A stretch of 64,000 nucleotides of DNA from a virus. Positions 1 through 9,852 of this stretch are shown here, piece after piece. The notes under the pieces are model-generated. The model was not told where the DNA came from. It was given only the letters and a program-made list of their open reading frames with translations, and did no database searches. Position 1 is the stretch's first letter, and each line of letters opens with the position of its first letter. Position numbers and translations under genes: made by a program. Location of the stretch: IMG/VR virus record IMGVR_UViG_3300049847_000435, positions 1 to 64,000 of that record. One strand, given 5' to 3'.

Positions 1-2355
1 TGCGGACACAGCGCCATCGACGATGCCGCCGAAGTGCTTGACGATATTTTCCTGCCCCTGCTTGGATTTCTCTTGCAGGTCAATCTGATACTGAACGGCC
101 GCGTCGTTGATAAATTTCAGGTTCGATTCATCAGCGAACAAAGACATATTCGAGTAGGCTTGCTCAAATAGTTGCAGCACCGCGTCAGCCGACTTGCCAG
201 CGGTTTCGATGCCGATTTTGTTTAATCCGGCTGCCGCCTCTTCAATCGAAACATCCTTGTAGTCTTTCTTATTCTTTACTTCGTCCCGAAGTTGGCGAAG
301 ATATTCGTCGGGCTTTTGCTTGTAGATGCCGTTCTTGGCATCTTCCATGTCCTGTTGGGTGACTTCGCTGACCTTGACAATGCCGGTGATCATGGAATTC
401 ATTTCACGCGCCGCGGTATTGAAAGCTTTGGTTCCCGCCGAGGCTGCTTTCCTCGCTGCGGCTTCAAGTTCTTTAGCGTCTTCTCGGCTTGTGTTTAACC
501 CCCGCACACGTGCATTATCACCCGTTCCGTGCTCGCTGGAGGATAAACTATTGTAGAACGTCTCGTTTTGTTGCTTGACGCCGACATCCCTAAACATAAC
601 AGGGGCGTAATTCCCAACTGGTGCCCGCGTGTATCGTCCTTTCTGTAGTCCGGTGTAATCTCCACCACCGCGGGTCTCGTTGTTCAGTCTACCAACCGCA
701 TTGGCTGCGTCATCTGCCTGTAGTGCTATTCCGAAAAGCGCCTGTTTTAGAGCGCCGAGTGACGCAGCGTATTCAATCGAGCTAATCTGCCCAGTCTGAT
801 ATTGAGTCTCGACATAGGCTAGGGCTGAAATCAACTGCTGCGCATCCGAATTTGTTTTTAAATTCTCCTCACCCACTGACGCTACGGCCTGGGCGTAGAC
901 TCTCCCAGCGCCAGTCGTATCGGCTAAAGAGTTGGAGACCAACGAGAGTGATGTTTGCAATTGAAGCATCTTGATAGACGCGTCATCTGAGACGGTTCCG
1001 CTAACAAATATATTGTCAGCCAATGTATTTAACTGTTCCGCATATTGAGCCGCTCCGGGAATTCCCGCCTGCTGAGCCTCCTCCATCCTATTAAGCAGAT
1101 CGATTAATCTGTTTAATTTCTCTATGTCGGACTGCGCCTGTTTCCTCCCGTCTGGACTTAATCCAGAAAATGGCATCAATGATGTCTGGGCGTTGCTTAC
1201 CATCGTCTTGATGTTTTCTCTTGTACCAGTAGCTTTCGAGTCCCCTGTCAGTTTTGCCCTAAACAGATCAATGGCTAGCGACGCTTTTTTAAACTCTTCA
1301 TTAATTACGTCGCCGATCTTGCTCTTGGCGATACTAGCTACAAAATTCCCCCACGAGGTAGATAGCCTTTCAACTCCCCCCGCTTGCGCTTCCGTGGTGT
1401 TGAGTAATGTTCCAAACTTTGTGTTTAGGGCGTCCACCGTGGCGGCCAAGAACGCCTGACTATCATCTAATCCACCGTTCGCCGCTTTCAATTCAGCCAT
1501 GCGCGTTTTAACTTCGGTCACGCTCAAGCCAAGCTGATCAAGCCTCCTAAATGAAAGGTTTGACGACGCCAATGCAAGCTCCGAGATAGCCGACTGCACG
1601 TCATGGATGACGGGAGAGACAAAGGTTACGGCACGCGCCGCACGCGTCAGTTTCTCGAACTCTCCGCTCGTCTTGGCGATACCAAGCGATGTTGCCTGAT
1701 TGGCGATCTGGATTGCCTGAAATTCTGTGACCGTGCCGCCGCTGGCTGACTGAATGGCACGCAAGCGCTTTTCGGCTTCACCCGCCGAACCGCTCATAAT
1801 CTCAAAGGCTTTTGAGGCTCGGCTTACGCTGGTATCAAGGACGGCGATCTCTTTTGCGTAGTTGAAGACCTGCTGTGCGGTTTGCACGGTGAAATAACCG
1901 GCGATGCCAGCCAAAACAGCATTTTGTAATCCGCCCCCACCACTCGCCGCGGGTGCTTGCTGGCTACTCTGCTGGCTTGATAACGAGATGGCGCGCTGCC
2001 GTTCCTGTAGTTCAGCGCGAAGGAGTGCCGTGCTGCGCTTCTCCTCTTCGATCTTCGTCGCTGATGCCGCTTTTGCCGCTTCCGACACGAGCGCCGATTC
2101 GTTTTTTGCGATTTGGATGCGTTCGGCAGACTGCGTCTTCGTCTCAATCGTGGCGCGCTTCTGTGACTCTACCTGCTCGGTCGTGGCTGCTCGAATCGAG
2201 GACTTTGCCGCGTCAACCGATGCCTTATCAATGATTTCTACTTTTGAGCCAGATTGTTGCGAGACGCGCTTTAATAGCTCGGTCAATTCGGTGATTGATC
2301 GAGCCGCAGCCTTTGTATCCACAATCGCTTCCCACGTAAATTGTCTATCTGGCAT
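1..2355 (-). CDS. Tail tape measure protein (runs off the window edge)
   Basis: Read by hand from ATG at 2355 (MPDRQFTWEAIVDTKAAARSITEL...). Long Ala/Gln/Ser-rich helical ORF with a TMP-like segment (LALASSNLSFRRLDQLGL), downstream of the tail chaperone. Missing from the ORF track, consistent with no in-window stop. Confidence 0.85.
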   Translation of the reverse strand, partial: MPDRQFTWEAIVDTKAAARSITELTELLKRVSQQSGSKVEIIDKASVDAAKSSIRAATTEQVESQKRATIETKTQSAERIQIAKNESALVSEAAKAASATKIEEEKRSTALLRAELQERQRAISLSSQQSSQQAPAASGGGGLQNAVLAGIAGYFTVQTAQQVFNYAKEIAVLDTSVSRASKAFEIMSGSAGEAEKRLRAIQSASGGTVTEFQAIQIANQATSLGIAKTSGEFEKLTRAARAVTFVSPVIHDVQSAISELALASSNLSFRRLDQLGLSVTEVKTRMAELKAANGGLDDSQAFLAATVDALNTKFGTLLNTTEAQAGGVERLSTSWGNFVASIAKSKIGDVINEEFKKASLAIDLFRAKLTGDSKATGTRENIKTMVSNAQTSLMPFSGLSPDGRKQAQSDIEKLNRLIDLLNRMEEAQQAGIPGAAQYAEQLNTLADNIFVSGTVSDDASIKMLQLQTSLSLVSNSLADTTGAGRVYAQAVASVGEENLKTNSDAQQLISALAYVETQYQTGQISSIEYAASLGALKQALFGIALQADDAANAVGRLNNETRGGGDYTGLQKGRYTRAPVGNYAPVMFRDVGVKQQNETFYNSLSSSEHGTGDNARVRGLNTSREDAKELEAAARKAASAGTKAFNTAAREMNSMITGIVKVSEVTQQDMEDAKNGIYKQKPDEYLRQLRDEVKNKKDYKDVSIEEAAAGLNKIGIETAGKSADAVLQLFEQAYSNMSLFADESNLKFINDAAVQYQIDLQEKSKQGQENIVKHFGGIVDGAVSA

Positions 2356-2827
2356 TCAGTATCTCGTTGATCATTTCATTGATGGCGGAACCGATGGCGT
2401 CAATAGAATGGTGCGACATTTCTAGCACCGGTCTAGCTGGCATTTTTCCGCTACCCAATTCAAGTTCGGCAACGCGCTCATCGCGACTGCCTTCAAATAG
2501 CGAGACGACACCCGACTGATAGTCGATATCACTTATATGCTCGCCGCCGACACTCGTGAATGAGGAGCGATAGCGTCCGGTTCTTTGCAGGATGGGATGC
2601 GTGCCGGGGAAACCAAGCAGGACGCGTTCGATCACGGTGGATAGTGCGAGTTGTTCCCAGGGTTGCCCGCCTGCCGACTCGCTGTCGAAATTCTCGGCGA
2701 AACCATCACGGATCGCCGCTTGCGTTGGTTGTAGTTGTTGGCGAGTTGGGCGCAGTAGGTTATCTACTACGCGCTGAATGGCGGACCATTGCTGTTGGTT
2801 CTGTGCAGATTCACTTAGGCTTATCAC
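2345..2827 (-). CDS. Phage virion morphogenesis protein (Mu gpG / P2 gpS-like)
   Basis: Motifs F..ESAGGQPW..L..ST, PILQRTG and MPARP.L. Confidence 0.7.
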   Translation of the reverse strand: MISLSESAQNQQQWSAIQRVVDNLLRPTRQQLQPTQAAIRDGFAENFDSESAGGQPWEQLALSTVIERVLLGFPGTHPILQRTGRYRSSFTSVGGEHISDIDYQSGVVSLFEGSRDERVAELELGSGKMPARPVLEMSHHSIDAIGSAINEMINEILNAR

Positions 2828-3688
2828 TGGTTTCGATGCTCCGAATTTCTGACAATCGCCTCAAAATGTATTGAAAATCTGCAAGAATGTCGGCTGGTAA
2901 CTGCGTGAGTTCGAGTAGTCCGATCCCGCGTTCTGTGCCGCCGAATGCGTACCACATCAGAAAGAGATCGAAACTGTCCGGATTTACCAGACCCTCCATT
3001 TCGATCCGCTTCCATTCATCTTCGTCATGAATAACTGGACGGCGCTTGCCATCCTTCGCTTCTTCTTCGGCTCTGACAATCGCCGTCAGCGTTTCGTCAA
3101 TTCTTTCTCGCTGACGGCTCCGAAGTTTTTTGCGGTTTCATCCGTGGAGCGCCGCCACAAGTTGGGGTTGGCATCGTAGGCGCGCCCAACCCAAACGTCA
3201 CGCAACGTATTCGGGCATTCCGTCATGAATCCGGCGATAGTTTTGAATTCTTCTGGTACGCCGACGATCCACTCGGTATTCTCGTAATCAATGCCATCTG
3301 CCGTGACGACTGGTTTGGTTGTGCGCTGCTCAAATTTTTCAGTTGCTGCAATCGCCGCCGCAGCGTCGAACGCCATGTTGCGAATGTCGTTTTGTTCTAC
3401 ACTCAATTCGCCTTCAAATGGCATTTCCAAGCCAGACTGTTCGATAAAGAAATGCCTGGCATCCACGGTTAGCCGGTTGTAGCGCGTGCTCATCAAGCCG
3501 GTACATTGCGCAACTGTGATTCGTACCTGCGTAACTTCCGGCATGTACTCAAGCAGCCTGGCAACCTCACTCGCTTCCGTATCGGTCTTGTCTTCTTTTT
3601 TAGCTAATTTGATTAGCTGGTCGATTGCCCGATCTTCCACATAGGAAAGCGCTGAGGTGTAGATGAATTCGTATTTTGGTCTTAGCAT
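2811..3688 (-). CDS. Tail assembly chaperone, -1 frameshift form (gpGT-like)
   Basis: The -1 frame is open from A AAA AAC (3131-3125) through LRSRQRERIDETL... into ORF 2811..2999. Confidence 0.75.
3082..3131 (-). other. Programmed -1 frameshift signal
   Basis: Heptamer AAAAAAC, 6-nt spacer, then a perfect 10-bp stem GCCGTCAGCG/CGCTGACGGC with a 17-nt loop. Confidence 0.8.
3086..3688 (-). CDS. Tail assembly chaperone, short form (lambda gpG-like)
   Basis: Lies between tail tube and tape measure; slippery site near its 3' end. Confidence 0.7.
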   Translation of the reverse strand: MLRPKYEFIYTSALSYVEDRAIDQLIKLAKKEDKTDTEASEVARLLEYMPEVTQVRITVAQCTGLMSTRYNRLTVDARHFFIEQSGLEMPFEGELSVEQNDIRNMAFDAAAAIAATEKFEQRTTKPVVTADGIDYENTEWIVGVPEEFKTIAGFMTECPNTLRDVWVGRAYDANPNLWRRSTDETAKNFGAVSEKELTKR

Positions 3689-3730
3689 ATCTATACAATG
3701 ACGGCTGCCATCCACTGGACAGCCGTCCGA

Positions 3731-4768
3731 CTAGTAGCTCGCCACCGAGTTGATAAGTGTCGCCGTCAAGGGTGTAGCCGTACCCGCGTACATTTGCCAC
3801 TTGATGGTCCAGCGCCCGTCATTTGCTCCGGTGCGCTTGTAGTTGTCGGGGTCGAGCCAGCAACGAATGCGCGGCAACGTCAATTGCAGACTGTAGGGGA
3901 TACCCGTCGTGATCTCTTCCACGGTTGTAAATTTGATGTCCGTCGAGCAGTCTTTCCACGTCGCCGAGGGTGCCGTGCCGCTTGCGCCGCCCCACATCAA
4001 CTGCTTATAGATTGAGTACTGAACAGGCAAGCCGGTGAATTCGCCTTCGACGCGGATGCCGTTATCGCGCGGCAGATCGCCGAGCGCCGCTGACCAGAGC
4101 GGATAATCATCTTTGGTTGTCGGGTTGTCGATTGTCACCGATAGCCCACGCGGCGCATTGCTGCTATTACTACTGATCACAACCGGTGTCCCGGCGGGGT
4201 CGAAAGTCAAGGCGAACGTACCAAGCGAGCGCAGTAGTCTTGTTGTTGGCTCGGTCGTGCTTGTTTCTGTACCCGCCGACGTGTCGATTGATAACCCGGC
4301 AATATCTGCCGACCATTTCACGCCATTGTTATCGGCGTCGATCTTCAATTTGGTTGTTCGGCAGTCCTTAGCTCGTTTTTCTAGCGTGGAACCAACGTCG
4401 GCATTGCCATCATGCAGAATGGTGAGCCACGGATCGTTGGCCGCCGTCGCCGCCGTCATGACGTGCGTCTTGCTGGTCGTGCCACTGACAGAATCGGCAA
4501 GACCCAGCCCTAGCAGCATCGCCCCGATTACGTTCGGGTAAAGGAAGCCATCTGCGTTTCCTTCTACCGTGTAAAAGGTGCGCACCGGTGCCGACAGGTC
4601 ACGAAAAACCGTAGACGCCGTTGTGCAGCCGTGCTCGTCTGTGTCTGGCGATAGTTCCCACTTTTCGCCCAGCCCCGTCGTGGTGTATAGCCCACAATGG
4701 AAGCCAGTCGTCGCCGCGGTTCCTTTCGCCGACTGTTTTGCAACTTTAAATGTTGCTCTCTTTGCCAT
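3731..4768 (-). CDS. Major tail tube protein
   Basis: 345 aa, Thr/Gly-rich; SGTTSKTHV motif and C-terminal TLINSVASY; position before the chaperone. Confidence 0.75.
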   Translation of the reverse strand: MAKRATFKVAKQSAKGTAATTGFHCGLYTTTGLGEKWELSPDTDEHGCTTASTVFRDLSAPVRTFYTVEGNADGFLYPNVIGAMLLGLGLADSVSGTTSKTHVMTAATAANDPWLTILHDGNADVGSTLEKRAKDCRTTKLKIDADNNGVKWSADIAGLSIDTSAGTETSTTEPTTRLLRSLGTFALTFDPAGTPVVISSNSSNAPRGLSVTIDNPTTKDDYPLWSAALGDLPRDNGIRVEGEFTGLPVQYSIYKQLMWGGASGTAPSATWKDCSTDIKFTTVEEITTGIPYSLQLTLPRIRCWLDPDNYKRTGANDGRWTIKWQMYAGTATPLTATLINSVASY

Positions 4769-4771
4769 AAA

Positions 4772-5284
4772 TTAGCCCTCCATGTGGGCGACTACATTGA
4801 ATGCCCGCATTGATATTCCGTAATATTCACTGCCCGATCCGATGATCGGATAGAGCGCAACCGTTGACTTGAGCGGGATCACCCCGACCGGGTGACTACC
4901 GTCATCATCTACAACGGTTTGGATTTTGTTCATTTGCGCAAGGATGAATTTGCGCACGCGAGCGTCAAGAATCTTGGCGTCACGCATCACTTCATTTCGT
5001 TCACCACGGGTGACACAGGCGATAAAATAGCGAAAAATCGACTCGCCATTGGCGTCAAACAGATCAGTCCCGTGCTCTTGTAGATTCATCTCTTCGGCAC
5101 GCCCGTCCACAATGGCAAACGGAATCTTCCGATTCTTCCACTCCGATAGCAGATCGGTAAGGATGGACGCTTCTACCGTTTGCAATTTTAGTGTCGAAAA
5201 AGACGAAGATAGACCCATATAGGCGTCAAGATCACTTCTCAATCTTTCGTCAATGTCGTTCCAAAGAGACTCGCTCATATTCAT
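4772..5284 (-). CDS. Putative tail terminator/completion protein
   Basis: Size and position directly upstream of the tail tube. Confidence 0.4.
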   Translation of the reverse strand: MNMSESLWNDIDERLRSDLDAYMGLSSSFSTLKLQTVEASILTDLLSEWKNRKIPFAIVDGRAEEMNLQEHGTDLFDANGESIFRYFIACVTRGERNEVMRDAKILDARVRKFILAQMNKIQTVVDDDGSHPVGVIPLKSTVALYPIIGSGSEYYGISMRAFNVVAHMEG

Positions 5285-5317
5285 CCATCCGCAGCGACCG
5301 CCACGCCGCGATTACCC

Positions 5318-5524
5318 TCAGCCCTTCTTGGCTGCCGGTGGCGCACTATCTACCGGTGCAGCATCAGCCAGTGGAGCGCCAACGGGTTGGGCGGCGATGC
5401 CGAGATACGCCTTTAATTCTTCTGGCATCGGCTGACAATCTTTAGGATCATCGGATGGGGCATAGGTGTTATCGCCGATGACAACCGTGCTCTTTAGCTC
5501 GCTAATGTGAATCCAAATAATCAT
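5318..5524 (-). CDS. Hypothetical virion-module protein
   Basis: ORF with AGAGGT RBS, co-oriented with the morphogenesis genes. Confidence 0.45.
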   Translation of the reverse strand: MIIWIHISELKSTVVIGDNTYAPSDDPKDCQPMPEELKAYLGIAAQPVGAPLADAAPVDSAPPAAKKG

Positions 5525-5599
5525 ACTTACCTCTTTATGTGCACTTCGACGCCGATGGAGAAAGGTTGAGGAGTTTATCGAAACCGAACGGGTGAAGCA

Positions 5600-6097
5600 T
5601 CAGGACTGAAACGGAACCGTTTGCGTTTTTGGTTTAATTGCGGCAGCATCAAGCACACGAGCGCCGTACTGCTTCATCCCGAAGACGCGCGGCGGTGTCG
5701 AATCAAACCCAAAACAGTCAGACCAAGAGACGGTATCGGTATCGCCTGCCGCATTTAGCACGGAAAGTTTATCGAGTTGCTCATCCCACTTGCTCGCCGC
5801 ATCCTGCAATAATCCCGAAATTTTGGTATTGTCTTCCTTGCGCCCGTCCATTTCCTGCACAATCGACACGCGTGCGTAAGCGTTTGCCAGCGCCCGCAAT
5901 ACCAGGGAAACCGCACGCTTCCACGATCCAGCGATATCGATAAAAACCTGTAGCTCTTCGTCGGCGTAGAATGTGCCGTCCGGCCTCGCGCCAGCATTCG
6001 TATCGAAGATGGCAATATCGCTGACCATCATGCGCAGCTTGCCGACATCGGTGCTCAGGTCATAGTTCGTTTTGTTGTAGACTGGCGTGGCGGACAT
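5600..6097 (-). CDS. Head-tail adaptor / head completion protein
   Basis: YDLSTDVGKLRMMVSD...YADEELQVF pattern; position after the capsid gene. Confidence 0.6.
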   Translation of the reverse strand: MSATPVYNKTNYDLSTDVGKLRMMVSDIAIFDTNAGARPDGTFYADEELQVFIDIAGSWKRAVSLVLRALANAYARVSIVQEMDGRKEDNTKISGLLQDAASKWDEQLDKLSVLNAAGDTDTVSWSDCFGFDSTPPRVFGMKQYGARVLDAAAIKPKTQTVPFQS

Positions 6098-6104
6098 AGT
6101 TCAA

Positions 6105-6353
6105 CTACTCCGTAACTTCGGTCACGTCCAACCACGGATTCGCCTGAAGTTCAGCCAATGACGGATGATCCGCCACGATTGCGCTGCCCTCGCCGGTAAA
6201 GATAACGCCAGCGCTTTGCACGGATTTGACCGGGCTAGAGCCGTTCACCTTCACCATGTAGCCGATGACGGATTTCACTTTCGCTTCCGGTGCAACTTCT
6301 GGCTTTACTTCCGGTGTCACTTCTGGCGGGGTGTCAGTTGATTTTTCTTTCAT
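6105..6353 (-). CDS. Hypothetical protein
   Basis: ORF with GAAGGG RBS downstream of the capsid gene. Confidence 0.5.
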   Translation of the reverse strand: MKEKSTDTPPEVTPEVKPEVAPEAKVKSVIGYMVKVNGSSPVKSVQSAGVIFTGEGSAIVADHPSLAELQANPWLDVTEVTE

Positions 6354-6437
6354 AGTTCCCTTCTTGAAGGTGTCCCCACCGTGGCGGGGACACCCGTGAA
6401 TCAGAAATCAGAACGGACGCCAGGGCTATGTATTGGG

Positions 6438-7340
6438 CTATGTATTGCCCTGTGTAATCAAGCGCCAGTCGCCATACTGGACGTTGTAGCGGGCGAAGAA
6501 TTTGAAGTAGTGCATCCCGCCGTCCGCCTGTTGTGGATCGAACCATGCAGATTGCAGATAGGGCGCTTCACGCATCACGACCAGCAGGGGTTTGGTAGAT
6601 TCTTTGGTGTCAACCACAAACCACGAGGTTGAATCAATCCAGGGAACGGTGATCATTTCCACGCGTCCGCTGTAGGGGTTCATGTCGCGGTTGGTTGTGC
6701 CGTATACTGCCTGGTTGTTTGTGATCTGGCTGGCATCGTAGAAGAGCGCTGGGTTCACGATCAACAGATCGGGGACGTAGCCAGTCTGCTCGCCTTGATC
6801 ATCCACGTAAAGCGATGCACTGGCGTACACGGATTTGAAGGTTGTCGCGCTGAGTGCCGATGTGTTGGTGTTGCTTTGCGCCGTCTGGTACTTGGCGCTT
6901 TTGTCGGCGTGGCTTGCGCTAAACAAGGCCTTGTCGTCATAGCACGCGCCGTACGCGCCAATCGACTCTCCGCCATTGATGGCAAGAAAGACGAGTTGAT
7001 TGACGTGCTTATCGAAATTCTCACGCGCCATGCGCGCTTTGCTTTCCAATGCGCCGGTTCGGTCGTCCTTGATGGCGTTGTCGCTAATGCCGATGGTGAT
7101 ATCCCAATCGACCGGAGCAACGCGCAACAGACGTTCGCTCATGCCCTGCACGGTTGCCCCGTTCTTGCTATTCTTCGGCATGGGGGGAGCGCCCAGATCG
7201 ACTAAGTCGTCTGTCGCACTCACGATATCAATCTGCTGCGCTACGCGCTGCCAGACTGGTGCAATGTCTTTGCCAGCACGGAGGAAGCCATTACGTGCCG
7301 CGGCGATTAGGTGGCCTGGCACCTGTCCAGAGTTAATCAT
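6438..7340 (-). CDS. Major capsid protein, Mu gpT-like
   Basis: LGAPPMP, WDITIGIS..AIKDD..G, YDDKALFSASH, PDLLIVNPAL, WFVVDT..KPL, RYNVQYGDW. Confidence 0.9.
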   Translation of the reverse strand: MINSGQVPGHLIAAARNGFLRAGKDIAPVWQRVAQQIDIVSATDDLVDLGAPPMPKNSKNGATVQGMSERLLRVAPVDWDITIGISDNAIKDDRTGALESKARMARENFDKHVNQLVFLAINGGESIGAYGACYDDKALFSASHADKSAKYQTAQSNTNTSALSATTFKSVYASASLYVDDQGEQTGYVPDLLIVNPALFYDASQITNNQAVYGTTNRDMNPYSGRVEMITVPWIDSTSWFVVDTKESTKPLLVVMREAPYLQSAWFDPQQADGGMHYFKFFARYNVQYGDWRLITQGNT

Positions 7341-7353
7341 GGTTTCGCTCCTT

Positions 7354-7815
7354 TTAGAACACGAACTGACGCGTGGTCAGTTGAACATAGACGTAGCCGT
7401 TTGCGACGCGTGTAATCTTGCCCGCGGTGCATTGGGTCGCCGATCCGACACCGACAGCCAAGGTCCCGCTATCGGTGAAGACAACGGTCTTGCCAACATC
7501 GGCGTCGGTAAATGATGCGGACTGGAAGCCAACTTCACCATCCGTGACAACGTCGATCTCTTTGGTGACTTCGAGATCGCCCGCGGCGACGGTGATGTTT
7601 TCATTGGCGATGCCGATAAATACATCGACGGCAGTGACCAGCGTGACGGCGGCAACCCAGCCGACGATATTGACGGTGTCTACTGACTTATCAAGGATGA
7701 CAGGCTGTCCGCGGTAGATGGTGCGAGCGACTGAGGTATCCACATTGAATCGCTCAGTGAACAGAATTGTAGGACGGCGATTCGATAGGTCGCGTCCCTG
7801 CGTGAGATCGGCCAT
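7354..7815 (-). CDS. Head decoration/cement protein
   Basis: TIYRGQPV, FIGIA, ADVGKTV..TD, GKITRV; sits between protease and capsid. Confidence 0.65.
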   Translation of the reverse strand: MADLTQGRDLSNRRPTILFTERFNVDTSVARTIYRGQPVILDKSVDTVNIVGWVAAVTLVTAVDVFIGIANENITVAAGDLEVTKEIDVVTDGEVGFQSASFTDADVGKTVVFTDSGTLAVGVGSATQCTAGKITRVANGYVYVQLTTRQFVF

Positions 7816-7818
7816 GAC

Positions 7819-8976
7819 TTAGCCCTCCTTTTTCATGAATGCGCCGAGGTCGTACTTCCCCTTGTCGCCGAGTAGATCGGCATTGAAAGAGAAGAATTCA
7901 TCGACGGTGCCGCCGCCGTTGATATGCGAGCGCAACACTTGTTGCCATTCTCGGCTCAACTGCACGGTTTCGGCGACAGGCTTGCCCGCGCTGGTTCCCA
8001 TCTCGCTAAAATCGACTGTGCCACTGGCGTAGATCGATTCGAGCAACGCTTGCACAGCTTCGCGGTTTGCGGTTGGCAGTGCAGACAGCACAGCGGCGAC
8101 ATCGGCGGGCTTGGCTGGGATGGCGTGCTTTCCGGTGCTGGTCACGCGTTCGCTAAACTCAGCGATCTGGCGTTCTACCCGCACCTGGCTCATAAAATCC
8201 GAAACAGCCGCTTGACGTTGGGCTTGTAAATCCCCAATCAAATCATTAAGCTGCTGGCGGATGACTGCGATCTCGGCGTCGGCCTGTTGGCGAAATTGAG
8301 CAATCACTTCTTCCCGGTTGGGAATATCACTCTTTACAACAGGTGTAGCCGGACTCGCCGAGGCGGACAATTCGGTCGGAGGAGTCTTGGTTTTAGACTC
8401 AGCCGATGGCATTTCCCCCTCAACTGGCTGCTTGACGCTTGCGTCTTTTGCCATTGATTCCTCCGGTTTAAATAAAACGATTAAAGAAGAACTTGCCCCT
8501 TCGTTCATCCGAGAGAGCTCAATCGGGCGCATGTTATTGACCGCCGGGAAATTGGTCAGCGACACACTCACGAGATACTTTTCGATTAAATCGATGGTGC
8601 AAGAGACGTACCGATATTGTCTGGAATGAACCTTGCTCAGTCCTAGCTCATTCCAGTTGGGCGCAACGAAGAGGCTGTTATTGAGGCGGCGCACACCGAG
8701 CAACCAGCCTGCAGCCTCTTTCCGTTCGTGATTCAGATCGATTGGAATTTCTTGCCCGGCCTTGTTGTTGGCAAAGTTTTCGGCAAGGGTGTCAAGGAGT
8801 GCGATATCGATGGAGATATCTTTGCCATTCATATCCACGAACTGCCCGACACGAATCGCCTCGATCTCCGGGTAGTAAGGGGTATCCTCGACATAGGGGT
8901 AATCATTAAAGCCGAACATAAAATGCAAGAGTGACGATTGCTTTTCGTTCTGCTGGGTGGTTGTCTCTTCGGACAT
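7819..8976 (-). CDS. Prohead protease/scaffold, Mu gpI-like
   Basis: PIDLNHE, AAGW, YRYVS, SLTNFPAV; coiled-coil C-terminal scaffold region. Confidence 0.9.
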   Translation of the reverse strand: MSEETTTQQNEKQSSLLHFMFGFNDYPYVEDTPYYPEIEAIRVGQFVDMNGKDISIDIALLDTLAENFANNKAGQEIPIDLNHERKEAAGWLLGVRRLNNSLFVAPNWNELGLSKVHSRQYRYVSCTIDLIEKYLVSVSLTNFPAVNNMRPIELSRMNEGASSSLIVLFKPEESMAKDASVKQPVEGEMPSAESKTKTPPTELSASASPATPVVKSDIPNREEVIAQFRQQADAEIAVIRQQLNDLIGDLQAQRQAAVSDFMSQVRVERQIAEFSERVTSTGKHAIPAKPADVAAVLSALPTANREAVQALLESIYASGTVDFSEMGTSAGKPVAETVQLSREWQQVLRSHINGGGTVDEFFSFNADLLGDKGKYDLGAFMKKEG

Positions 8977-9000
8977 TGCAGCCCCTTAAAAATGGACAAT

Positions 9001-9039
9001 AAAAAAAGCCAGAATCCGCTATTGGACTCTGGCTTTTTT
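9001..9039 (-). terminator. Terminator-like hairpin in the head operon leader
   Basis: AAAAAAAGCCAGA...TCTGGCTTTTTT with U-tracts on both strands. Confidence 0.55.
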
Positions 9040-9149
9040 ATGCAATGTTGAGAGGGAAAAAGAAAGAGCCAGAGCGCAACGTATAGGCTCTGGCTCTTAG
9101 GCTCTGGCTCGAAATATTCCCGCAAATGTATGCGGTATTACTATCAGCT

Positions 9150-9178
9150 AGGATACCAGAACATTGCGCGCTTGTCAA
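9150..9178 (-). promoter_or_regulatory. Sigma70-type promoter for the head-tail operon
   Basis: TTGACA-N17-TATCCT. Confidence 0.65.
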
Positions 9179-9257
9179 CATTAATTTTTCAGCCTGACGA
9201 AATTGACATACGGACGCATTTTTGATTCGCTCAAATTCTTAAAATCAGCTTAATTCA

Positions 9258-9317
9258 TGTAATATCTCCTACATAAAATATATTTTAAAAATAGTACACT
9301 ATACATACATTTTAGAA
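9258..9317 (+). promoter_or_regulatory. Repeated activator-type promoter, copy 1
   Basis: TGTA-N8-TACA-N21-TACACT-ATATACATACATTTTAG upstream of spoVS. Confidence 0.75.
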
Positions 9318-9332
9318 TGGAGGGAGCACAGA

Positions 9333-9623
9333 ATGCGCATAGAAAGAGTAGAGAGAGTTGTCCGGGTATCAAAAGGCAGTACCCCGTCCCAGGTGGCGGG
9401 AGCCATCGCGGGAATTTTACGCGAGGATGGGAGTGTGGAAATACGGGCGATGGGGGCGATGGCGATTGATAGAATGGTCAAGGCTACCGCAGTGGCGCGT
9501 CGGTTTATGCAGGCGGAGGGATGCGAATTGTCGTTATCTCCGCGCTGGGAGACGGTCGGGGAGCTGACCGCAATCATATTTGAGGTAAAGCGGGTAAAGG
9601 AGGGTGTAGATCATGTCGATTGA
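9333..9623 (+). CDS. spoVS: SpoVS family protein
   Basis: VSKGSTPSQVAGAIAG..R..G.VEIRAMGA.AI..MVKA.AVARRF...TAIIFEV. Confidence 0.9.
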   Translation: MRIERVERVVRVSKGSTPSQVAGAIAGILREDGSVEIRAMGAMAIDRMVKATAVARRFMQAEGCELSLSPRWETVGELTAIIFEVKRVKEGVDHVD

Positions 9624-9852
9624 GGAGCTTTCGGAGTTAATCCTAAAATGCCTGCCAAGTGCTTGCCGTATTGACATTCGGTACGAGGACGGCGGCGTCG
9701 ATCCTTACTTATTGGACGCCGAAAGCGAGGATGTGATTTTCGTTCCAATGTACGACTCGCCACTGGAACGCAAGGTCAAGGATTGTCTCCTGGAGGCTGA
9801 CCGGTACGCTCAAGGAGAAAAATCGAAAGTCATTAAACTGAATTCAGGGTGA
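9613..9852 (+). CDS. Hypothetical protein
   Basis: Overlaps the spoVS stop; GGAGG RBS. Confidence 0.55.
   Translation: MSIEELSELILKCLPSACRIDIRYEDGGVDPYLLDAESEDVIFVPMYDSPLERKVKDCLLEADRYAQGEKSKVIKLNSG

Noticed and set aside
292-2425. Plus-strand ORFs in the ORF track
   Set aside because: Antisense shadows of the tape measure gene
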